12,065 nt of DNA from a virus. Its lineage: Duplodnaviria > Heunggongvirae > Uroviricota > Caudoviricetes. Location of the stretch: the IMG/VR virus record IMGVR_UViG_2579778856_000001; one strand, written 5' to 3'. Made by a program: the position numbers and the translations under genes. Numbering within the stretch: the first letter of the stretch is position 1; every line of letters starts with the position of its first letter. This document shows positions 1 through 6,355 of this stretch, piece after piece. Under the pieces are notes generated by a model, which did not search any database, was not told the origin of the DNA, and saw only the letters and a program-made list of their open reading frames with translations.

Positions 1-165
1 CCTGAGCCATTTGAAAATAACATTATCATTGACGCCATTTTCACGTGCAATCTGTGCAACACAAGCTCCAGGTTGTGATGCCAGTTCCACCATACGAAGT
101 TTGAATTCATTCGAATAGTTTTTACGAGGTTCTTTTCGCCAGTCCTGTAATTCCATACTTAGATG
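1..165 (-). CDS. IS3-family transposase OrfA (HTH DNA-binding part), N-terminal ~55 codons; remainder lies beyond window start
   Basis: Reverse-complement of 1-165 translates from ATG (163-165) as MELQDWRKEPRKNYSNEFKLRMVELASQPGACVAQIARENGVNDNVIFKWLR. The pattern (F/Y)SxEFK...V(A/S)xIARExGVxxxxxxxW matches the OrfA helix-turn-helix of IS3-family elements (IS911, IS2 and IS3 OrfA are recalled from memory, not searched). Frame is open to the window edge. Confidence 0.55.
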
Positions 166-220
166 TCCGTCTATATCAGATGGGCGTCTAAGTTACCAAT
201 TCTCGTCTGATGGCTACATA
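1..220 (-). mobile_element. Left end of an IS3-family insertion sequence (partial; inner boundary approximate, around 215-235)
   Basis: IS3-family elements carry about 50-70 bp (including the terminal IR) upstream of orfA. Reverse-complement of 166-220 begins TGTAGCC..., consistent with the 5'-TG terminus typical of the family. Exact IR end not determinable without the right end. Confidence 0.4.
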
Positions 221-395
221 CGGCGGTCAGTTTACGCTTACGTCCCTTCTGGTCAAAATGGACGAAGAAATGCTCTGCTTCTTCGACAGCAACGGGCGAA
301 CCACCATGCCCCGTAAAGCTTTCTCCCTGCGTACTGGCGTAACCCGCCGCCAGCTGTTTCCAGACGCCATTTACTTCATTGAACGGGAGTTCTGA
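210..395 (+). pseudogene. Probable C-terminal remnant of the gene that preceded the radC-like gene, cut off by the IS insertion
   Basis: 61-codon ORF whose ATG lies at the predicted IS boundary. The frame only opens at 192 (TAA at 189-191). Its TGA (393-395) sits one base before the radC-like ATG (397), the tight coupling expected of the original operon partner. No recognisable domain. In CP4-type islands the gene upstream of radC-like is usually an antirestriction (KlcA/ArdB-like) or YeeR-like gene; that is inference only. Confidence 0.25.
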
Positions 396-396
396 C

Positions 397-849
397 ATGA
401 CCATGTTTACCCAGCGTGAAACCCGTATCCTTGACCAGGCGCGTGACATTATTAGCCGGTACTACCAGCGTGGGGTTCAACTCTGTTCCCCTGATGATGT
501 TCGACGGTGCGTGATGGTTGAGCTGGCACCGCTTGAACATGAAGAGTTTGGCATCATCCTACTCGATAATCATAATCAGCTGCTGCACCGCGAAATCCTG
601 TTCAGGGGTACGCTAAACTCGGTCAGCGTTCACCCCCGTGAAGTTATTAAGCGTGTGCTGAAACATAACGCCGCCGCCGTCATCCTTGTCCATAATCACC
701 CCAGCGGCGAGCCTGAACCCAGCCGGTGTGACATCCAGTTGACCAAAAAGCTTCAGGAGCTGCTGGAAATACTGGATGTGCGGTTACTTGATCACTTTAT
801 CGTGGCAGGAACTGAAACGGTGTCGATGGCTGAGCGAGGACTGGTGTGA
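397..849 (+). CDS. RadC-like JAB/JAMM-domain protein (DUF2466; YeeS/YfjY/YkfG-type of CP4 cryptic prophages)
   Basis: Translation MTMFTQRETRILDQARDI...HPREVIKRVLKHNAAAVILVHNHPSGEPEPSRCDIQLTKKL contains the complete JAMM signature H-x-H-x7-S-x2-D (HNHPSGEPEPSRCD) and the HPREV motif of the RadC family. The ORF track's TTG start at 379 is less likely than ATG 397 or 403. Confidence 0.85.
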   Translation: MTMFTQRETRILDQARDIISRYYQRGVQLCSPDDVRRCVMVELAPLEHEEFGIILLDNHNQLLHREILFRGTLNSVSVHPREVIKRVLKHNAAAVILVHNHPSGEPEPSRCDIQLTKKLQELLEILDVRLLDHFIVAGTETVSMAERGLV

Positions 850-895
850 TGCTGAAAGTTACTTGGTTTAATGTACGTTATTGCGGGTTACGCGC

Positions 896-1825
896 ATGAG
901 CAGGACAGCGTTGCGTCAGGTCGTGCCGGTGGTGCAAACCACCGTGTTCGATGCGTATATTGTCGGTCTGGCCCCCTCGGGACGGCGAGGTATCACCAGC
1001 CTGTTAAACCGCAGCGCCAGCATACTTAAACACGGTGCGGATGCAGCAGACTATCCGTGGGAACAACTTAACTACGCCGCCGTTGCCAAAGTGCGCGCGG
1101 CACTGCTGGATGACGGTTACGCCGTGTCATCGGTCAACATGGCGCTGTCAGCACTCCGGGGCGTAGCGCAGACGGCCTTTAACCTCAATTACATGGATGC
1201 CGAAACGCTGGCACGTATCCGGTCAGTTAAGCGCGTGAGCGGCGATGTCCAGCGCAAGGGAAGGGCGCTGGGCAGGCAGGAAATCCGGGTACTGATTCAG
1301 GCTGCAAAACAGCATCCGCAATCTGTACGGCGCTGTCGCGATGTCGCCATTGTGCTGATGCTTTGCGGAACGGGCCTGCGGGCCGGGGAACTGGTTAAAC
1401 TTGAGCGCCGGGACTATGACAACGGCATCCTGACGGTGAGGCAAGGGAAGGGGCGTAAATACCGTGAAATTCACGTGGCGGATGCGGTGGACAAGGCTAT
1501 TCGTGCGTGGCTGAAAGTTGGCGCAGACGAGGCTGACAGTGCGTTGTTTAGGCGAATTCAGCGCAGTGGTAAGGTCGCAAGCCAACCGCTGACTACGACC
1601 GGGTTAACGGGTATCCTGGCTGAGTTACAGCAAACGGCAGGTATAGCACGTTTTACCCCGCATGATATGCGGCGCACCTTCATCACCCGTTTGCTGGAGC
1701 AGGGCGTGGATATCAATACCGTCCGCCAGTTGGCAGGCCACAGCGACATATCCACGACGACGCGCTATGACTGTCGTGGTGATACTATGAAGATCAGTGC
1801 CAGCAAGCGCATCAGATGTTTTTAG
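896..1825 (+). CDS. Tyrosine site-specific recombinase / integrase (small, about 309 aa, XerD-like size)
   Basis: Catalytic-domain signatures are present: LRAGEL (Arg), GKGRKYREI (Lys), HDMRRTF (His-x-x-Arg), GHSDISTTTRY (His ... nucleophilic Tyr). ATG 896 preferred over the track's TTG 881. No N-terminal DUF4102/SAM-like extension typical of P4-type integrases. Confidence 0.85.
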   Translation: MSRTALRQVVPVVQTTVFDAYIVGLAPSGRRGITSLLNRSASILKHGADAADYPWEQLNYAAVAKVRAALLDDGYAVSSVNMALSALRGVAQTAFNLNYMDAETLARIRSVKRVSGDVQRKGRALGRQEIRVLIQAAKQHPQSVRRCRDVAIVLMLCGTGLRAGELVKLERRDYDNGILTVRQGKGRKYREIHVADAVDKAIRAWLKVGADEADSALFRRIQRSGKVASQPLTTTGLTGILAELQQTAGIARFTPHDMRRTFITRLLEQGVDINTVRQLAGHSDISTTTRYDCRGDTMKISASKRIRCF

Positions 1826-2426
1826 CAGTTGAGGCGTTGCCAGACTCGGTTTCAGTTTCATCTTCAGCACTCAACCGCGCGTACTTTTGATTCTGGATGT
1901 TAATTTGTGCATTGATATTTTCAGGCTGAAGCATCCACGCAACATCCTCACGCGCCCATTCTTTACCGTCAGAGAGTCGTTTTAACCGGGGTTTCCATAT
2001 TCCATACTCATTAAGTTTTTCTGCTACCGAAGCATATTTCTCACGATCTGACTCCCCCGTATGAAGCTTGTCAAAACGACCTTTTACAAGCTGGTAAACA
2101 GTATAGATTTCCAGTGCCTTAGGGGACCTGGCCGGGACTATCATGGGGTGTTCCTCCGGCCTATAAATCCCGTTTGGCTCTCCCTCATTGAGCAGGTCAT
2201 TAAACATGTGGTTCACGCAGGCACTCAGCACATCTGCCGCTTTCTCCGCAGCGAATTTATCCGGGCTAAAACCCGCTCCCGTCAGTTTCCGGGCAATCAG
2301 TGCCAGTTTTTGCCGGGTATCCCGTCCCAGATAAAGCTTCTTCTCCAGAAATTCAAAGACCTCGTTACTGCTTTTCCGTTCCCGGTGGCATCTGGCGTCA
2401 GCCTTGTTGCTTTGGTTACCAATCAT
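1812..2426 (-). CDS. Hypothetical protein (204 aa), convergent with the integrase and divergent from alpA; candidate island repressor or accessory gene (the position yfjH occupies in CP4-57)
   Basis: Long minus-strand ORF. The second ATG (2426) is preceded by GGAGGTGA with a 4-nt spacer (minus strand reads ATGGAGGTGACTATGATTGG). Predicted product MIGNQSNKADARCHRERKSSNEVFEFLEKKLYLGRD... is mostly helical and acidic at the C-terminus, with no domain I can name. Its 3' end overlaps the int stop by about 14 bp. Confidence 0.6.
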   Translation of the reverse strand: MIGNQSNKADARCHRERKSSNEVFEFLEKKLYLGRDTRQKLALIARKLTGAGFSPDKFAAEKAADVLSACVNHMFNDLLNEGEPNGIYRPEEHPMIVPARSPKALEIYTVYQLVKGRFDKLHTGESDREKYASVAEKLNEYGIWKPRLKRLSDGKEWAREDVAWMLQPENINAQINIQNQKYARLSAEDETETESGNASTAKNI

Positions 2427-2445
2427 AGTCACCTCCATGACAGTG

Positions 2446-2457
2446 TTTTGTACAAAA
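2446..2457. promoter_or_regulatory. Perfect 12-bp palindrome TTTTGTACAAAA, 20 bp upstream of the 204-aa gene start, in the divergent int-side/alpA-side control region
   Basis: Read directly: ...cagtgTTTTGTACAAAAtatcacc... is self-complementary over 12 bp. It sits in the 5' leader/promoter of the minus-strand gene, so it is a candidate operator. Confidence 0.35.
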
Positions 2458-2648
2458 TATCACCATTGAGCCTCAGTGAAAATTGCTTCTTTATATGACC
2501 GTTCTGGAGACAGAAATAGATGATCTCGAATGACATCCACATTAAAGATGCCCTTAACGTGCTCAACGAAGGCATCGTTGAGTGAATCCTTGCGTTTTTT
2601 GGTGGTTGTAAATAACCCGCTCCTGAAACAGCTCAAAGGAGCACAAGC

Positions 2649-2846
2649 ATGAACACCAACCGTATTTTGCGTAAAAAAGAGGTACTTCATCTGACGGGGA
2701 ACTCGTCAGCGACGTTGTACCGACTCATCTCGAAAGGATTCTTTCCTTTGTCAAAGAGGCTAACGGGCGACAATGGCCGGGCGGTAGGCTGGCTGGAGAG
2801 TGATATCAATAACTGGGTTAACAGCCGTATGCAGGCGGGAGAATGA
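2649..2846 (+). CDS. alpA: AlpA-family phage transcriptional regulator (MerR-like HTH; P4 Vis / CP4-57 AlpA type)
   Basis: 65 aa: MNTNRILRKKEVLHLTGNSSATLYRLISKGFFPLSKRLTGDNGRAVGWLESDINNWVNSRMQ. Shows the canonical AlpA pattern (L/I)R.xEV..LTG.S.sTiYRli..G.FP....L....VGW.esei..W. AGGAGC lies 7 nt upstream of the ATG. Confidence 0.85.
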   Translation: MNTNRILRKKEVLHLTGNSSATLYRLISKGFFPLSKRLTGDNGRAVGWLESDINNWVNSRMQAGE

Positions 2847-2847
2847 A

Positions 2848-3315
2848 ATGAAAGAGATAAAATCGAAAACCAGTTCTGCGAAAAAAACGCTGGTTCCTTG
2901 GTTCGAAACTATGGGGAAACAGGTTGGTTTATCACAAGAAACGATATCAGCAGTGTTAAAGGAGCAGCGTTTACGGATACGTAAGCTTAACTACGCATCT
3001 GCATATACAGTGTCCAATATTCTCATACAGGATTGCGGCGGGGCCGATGACATGTGGAGCAACTACGCTAAACTGGCGCTTATCCTTGAGCGTTGTAAAT
3101 ACATTCCCTGCGGGAGCAGGGCCTGTGCATATTGTTCTACCGCTCAGCAATTACATTATCAGGGGGTGGATGTAACCGGGGAATACGCTTTATATCAGTT
3201 GCCTGAGTTATTTTTAGATTTTTTAGAAACAAACGACAAAAATTCCTCTTATCATTGGGATTACAATAAGTTAGTTGAGCGGCATGAAGATGCTCAGGCG
3301 AGGTCATTCGGGTAA
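2848..3315 (+). CDS. Hypothetical protein (155 aa), translationally coupled to alpA; Cys-rich patch CKYIPCGSRACAYC
   Basis: ATG 2848 lies 1 nt after the alpA TGA (GAATGAAATGAAA), with GGGAGAA upstream. The track's 2800 start is an in-frame upstream ATG inside alpA and is less likely. The C-x4-C-x4-C-x2-C cluster suggests a possible metal site. No family recognised. Confidence 0.6.
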   Translation: MKEIKSKTSSAKKTLVPWFETMGKQVGLSQETISAVLKEQRLRIRKLNYASAYTVSNILIQDCGGADDMWSNYAKLALILERCKYIPCGSRACAYCSTAQQLHYQGVDVTGEYALYQLPELFLDFLETNDKNSSYHWDYNKLVERHEDAQARSFG

Positions 3316-3347
3316 TAGCCATTTCTGTATGGTGAAAAACTGACATA

Positions 3348-3380
3348 TTACCCTGCCACTGCATTTTGGTGGCAGGGTAA
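3348..3380 (+). promoter_or_regulatory. Perfect 12-bp stem / 9-nt loop hairpin (TTACCCTGCCAC-TGCATTTTG-GTGGCAGGGTAA) between the 155-aa and 284-aa genes; no U-tract
   Basis: Read directly from sequence. There is no T-run after the stem, so it is not a classical intrinsic terminator. The loop plus stem carry CCACTGCATTTT, a 12-mer repeated in the iteron cluster at 4335-4346. Confidence 0.4.
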
Positions 3381-3402
3381 TCAATACAGCTAGGAATATT
3401 AA

Positions 3403-4257
3403 ATGAACGATTCTTATTACTTCAGAACATCTGACCCGGATTACATTCGTCACGCACCGTCAATGCTTGAGATTTTAAGTAAAGCATTCCCCACTATTAT
3501 TACCCAGCAGGAAAGTGAGTATGAACTGCAGCGTCTTAACCATTTACTAAATAAACTGAAAGGCAGCAATCGCTGCTACAACATCATTGCTCAAAAACTA
3601 AGGCAGTGCAGAAACGGATCTCCATGCAACAGTCTTATATGCCCGCATTGCCAGCGGGAACGCATTCTGGCGCAACTGGCTATGTTGCATGTCTTGCCGG
3701 GGAATTCAGCAGAATACGTGGGAGTGGTCCTGTTTTTCAACAAGGATACGCAAACTCCGCCGCCATGGAAGAACATTGGGGCGCTCAGGGCGCAAATCGG
3801 TCGTTATAAGCAGAGGATAAGCCGGGTACTTAACCGCCTGGGGTACGCCGGTCCGGCCACAGGCACCTTCAGTATGATGCGACATATGCCTGATGGCCCA
3901 GAAGAGCGTATTTTCTGGGTTCCACAGTTGTGTTTGTTCCTGCCCAATGACAGTACGTTGATTAAGGGGCTAAAAGCGCATATGTCGCGAAGTGGTGGGG
4001 CATTCATTGATGCATCGACGCTTAACACACCAGTGATCGTGCTCAGGTATAAAGATCCCGCGAGACTGATTTCATGCGCCCTGAATCCAGTCTGGCACAC
4101 AGCAGATTACACACTGACTGATAAAGACGCTCTTGTTAAGTCAAGAATGGAGCTACTGAAAGGCCGGACACTGTTAAAAAGTCTGCTTACCCTGGACTCA
4201 CTCGGAACAGGTGTCGTTTCTTTTTCGTTTGGGCAACCCCCAGGGAAAGTGCACTGA
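3403..4257 (+). CDS. Hypothetical protein (284 aa) with cysteine cluster RQCRNGSPCNSLICPHCQRER; candidate replication/DNA-binding component of the alpA operon
   Basis: ATG 3403 preceded by AGGAATATTAA. Continuous 284-codon ORF in the same orientation as alpA. C-x5-C-x4-C-x2-C resembles a zinc-ribbon. No confident family assignment. Confidence 0.65.
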   Translation: MNDSYYFRTSDPDYIRHAPSMLEILSKAFPTIITQQESEYELQRLNHLLNKLKGSNRCYNIIAQKLRQCRNGSPCNSLICPHCQRERILAQLAMLHVLPGNSAEYVGVVLFFNKDTQTPPPWKNIGALRAQIGRYKQRISRVLNRLGYAGPATGTFSMMRHMPDGPEERIFWVPQLCLFLPNDSTLIKGLKAHMSRSGGAFIDASTLNTPVIVLRYKDPARLISCALNPVWHTADYTLTDKDALVKSRMELLKGRTLLKSLLTLDSLGTGVVSFSFGQPPGKVH

Positions 4258-4272
4258 TTTACCGGTAATGCA

Positions 4273-4404
4273 GCAACTGCAATGCACTTTTGCTGTTGAT
4301 TAAATTGCAGTGGAACGACGAATAACAGCGGCAACCACTGCATTTTCGTTGTTGTAAAACTGCAAAGCTTGCCAGTGATTTTGATGGCGCTGATGCACTT
4401 TAAC
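4273..4404. repeat. Iteron-like direct and inverted repeat cluster (candidate replication origin or regulator binding array)
   Basis: GCAACTGCAATGCACTTTTGCTGTTG (4273-4298), an inverted copy AATTGCAGTGG (4303-4313), GCAACCACTGCATTTTCGTTGTTG (4331-4354), AACTGCAAAG (4358-4367), TGATGCACTTTAAC (4391-4404). Core (A/C)ACTGCA(A/T)T recurs five times. A/T-rich TTTAAC patches follow. Confidence 0.45.
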
Positions 4405-4833
4405 ATTCCAACTGTCTCGATTTTAACGCAACCGTCTGTTTTCTGCAGGGGCTCACGGATGCCTCTGCACACCCGATCCTTACCATCAACTGACGAGTTA
4501 GCGCATCTGTGAGGGCTTTCTGTGTTTCTGTCAGTGAATATTCTACACACAATGGGGGGAGCGGTCAGCGAGCACCATTGCCATTGAGCGCAACGGAGAG
4601 CTTGGGGACATGCAGCACTACGGAGGCTTCATCTCCTTCTCATGTCATTAAACGATACGGCGAACGAGCGCAGCGAGTGAGGGAAGGCGTCAGCCTGAAC
4701 AGGGGGAAAGATTTGCGACCGGAGTGGAGCAAATCATGGGCGGAGCCCATCCTCGCGACTGGGGTTTTGACTTTCGAATTGCCCAGCGTTGAGTTTGGTT
4801 AATGTAGTGAGACGAGGATGCTGAGAGGGGACC

Positions 4834-6231
4834 GTGAGTACTGAAAAGGATTATCCAGTGAAGATCCCTAAGTGGGTTTATGACCGTATTACTGAAATAA
4901 CGGATTATGTCGTGGGGGATACGCAATGGGCTGTTACCCGGCGGCAGACAGTACGGTGGTTCCTGGCTCACATATGGCTGGAAACAGACGATGATGGCTG
5001 GACTATATGCACTGTCCGGGATATCCGTAGCAGCTATGCCAGTCTCCTGGGACAGTGTGAAATTAGTTACCAGGGGGAGTGCTTTATGTCCACGCTAACT
5101 GATTTCCTGCCGACACTTTCGGATATTGAATTTCGTGCAGGAAAAGCGAGCAAAGACCCGGAAAAGCGTAGAGCCAGTGCATGGCGGTTCAACCCCCTGC
5201 TGCCTGTGTGTGATGAGTCTGCCAGGGGTAAGTTAAATCTGGTTGACTTGGATACTGGTGAGTCTGTTAGTTTTAGAGCTCTGCTTCAGGGGAACGGGAA
5301 AGCTCCTGGGCATGCGATAGATGTAGAGAAACGCCAGACGGCCCTAAAACAAACGGAAAAGGACTTCTTGGCCAAAGTTGGGCGGGGGCGCATGAGTATA
5401 CAGTTTGTGAAGGAATTGCGTAGCCGTGAGCCGGATCACTATTACCGCGCAGGAATACGCAGCCTTAACCATCTCTACAATGGCAGGATTGAGGGACAAT
5501 ATGTCACTTACGACCATCATTATCGTCTGACGTTTGGAGGGCGGTATTATGATCAAGCTTTCCAGAATCTGCCCAATGAGTTCAAAGCTAAATTTCGGAC
5601 CGGGTTACTCAACTATGACATCGAAGCGTGCAATCTGGCCTGTCTGAACCATCTGTTCAGACAGTATGACGTCGATTATCGTGTGAAGTCATCGATATAT
5701 AAAACCATGATGGAACATACCGGGCTGACCCGTAAACAGTGCAAACAGATGGTCCATACCACCACCTACAGAATTGGGCGTGTGACTATTGGTGTTAATG
5801 ATGGCCTTGGGGCAAAAGTGTATGGATGGTGCGGTAACAGCAAAAAAAAGGCGCTAAAGATTTTGCGTTGGTGGAACCGTTATATCAGTCCATTGAAATC
5901 TGCGCTTGAGTCATTGCTGGAACGTGTGCATGGCGCACACCGCAAGAGTTGTTCATCACCGCGTAACTATCACAGGTACGCTAATGAAGTCGGATTAATA
6001 CTGGATCTTAATAGTGAGGTGTATCAGCGTGAAAAGACTCACCATCATCAATATGCGCGGAATAAGGCACTGTTGGCGTTTATGATCTGTGGTGTGGAGC
6101 AGGCGTATATCCGTGAGGTTGTCAGTATGAACCCTGGTCGTGTCTGCATGCTGGATCATGATGGGGTAGTGGCAACGGGCGCGCTTTCACTACCGGACTG
6201 GCGTGGTTTCACGATGAAAGTGAAGGACTAG
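4834..6231 (+). CDS. Hypothetical protein (465 aa) occupying the position of yfjI in CP4-57; carries motifs reminiscent of right-hand (PolA/T7-like) polymerase motifs A, B and C
   Basis: GTG 4834 is the first start after the in-frame TGA at 4822, with GAGAGGGG 3 nt upstream. Motif-like segments: LLNYDIEACNLACLNHL (aa 258-274), RKQCKQMVHTTTYRIG (aa 300-315, R-x3-K-x7-Y) and MLDHDG (aa 439-444). Spacings of about 42 and 139 aa are similar to Klenow's D705 / K758 / D882. Whether this is a real polymerase fold is unverified. Confidence 0.7.
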   Translation: MSTEKDYPVKIPKWVYDRITEITDYVVGDTQWAVTRRQTVRWFLAHIWLETDDDGWTICTVRDIRSSYASLLGQCEISYQGECFMSTLTDFLPTLSDIEFRAGKASKDPEKRRASAWRFNPLLPVCDESARGKLNLVDLDTGESVSFRALLQGNGKAPGHAIDVEKRQTALKQTEKDFLAKVGRGRMSIQFVKELRSREPDHYYRAGIRSLNHLYNGRIEGQYVTYDHHYRLTFGGRYYDQAFQNLPNEFKAKFRTGLLNYDIEACNLACLNHLFRQYDVDYRVKSSIYKTMMEHTGLTRKQCKQMVHTTTYRIGRVTIGVNDGLGAKVYGWCGNSKKKALKILRWWNRYISPLKSALESLLERVHGAHRKSCSSPRNYHRYANEVGLILDLNSEVYQREKTHHHQYARNKALLAFMICGVEQAYIREVVSMNPGRVCMLDHDGVVATGALSLPDWRGFTMKVKD

Positions 6232-6298
6232 CTTACTTTCTTGAATTTAACTATCTGCGATCTCTGATAAGGGCGTATTACGTTGTCAATCATAATGG

Positions 6299-6328
6299 GA
6301 TATGCGCATTGGAACGATGTGCATATCC
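6299..6328. repeat. Imperfect 12-bp inverted repeat GGATATGCGCAT-ggaacg-ATGTGCATATCC between the 465-aa gene and the IS30-like end
   Basis: Read directly: 11 of 12 bp complementary, 6-nt spacer, no flanking T-run. Could be a weak terminator, a protein-binding site or part of an eroded att/recombination site. Confidence 0.35.
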
Positions 6329-6355
6329 AGTAAGTGATCCATGTCCGCTTTGAGC

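Noticed and set aside
171-449. 92-aa minus-strand ORF
   Set aside because: It would span the predicted IS3-family terminus and run antisense across the radC-like start. It has no RBS, and its product shows no recognisable features. Most likely a shadow ORF.
1223-1870. Minus-strand ORFs antisense to the integrase (1223..1585, 1558..1755, 1625..1870)
   Set aside because: Nested in the well-supported tyrosine-recombinase frame and lack starts with RBS.
2460-2690. 76-aa minus-strand ORF in the divergent control region
   Set aside because: Overlaps the alpA start codon and RBS in antisense. No SD. It occupies the region expected to hold the divergent promoters and operators.
4107-4550. 147-aa minus-strand ORF
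   Set aside because: Antisense to the 3' end of the 284-aa gene and runs through the iteron array. The iterons explain the sequence better than a protein does.
4690-4800. Possible tRNA-like sequence (GCGACCGGAGTGGAGCAAATCATGGGCGGAGCCCATCCTCGCGACTGGGG...)
   Set aside because: Could not fold into an acceptor, D, anticodon and T-arm cloverleaf by eye. No GTTC/TTCGA T-loop in the right register. Treated as part of the unexplained GC-rich spacer instead.
4509-4802. 97-aa plus-strand ORF in the GC-rich spacer
   Set aside because: GTG start without a Shine-Dalgarno. Low-complexity S/G/E-rich product. More consistent with non-coding, structured DNA/RNA.
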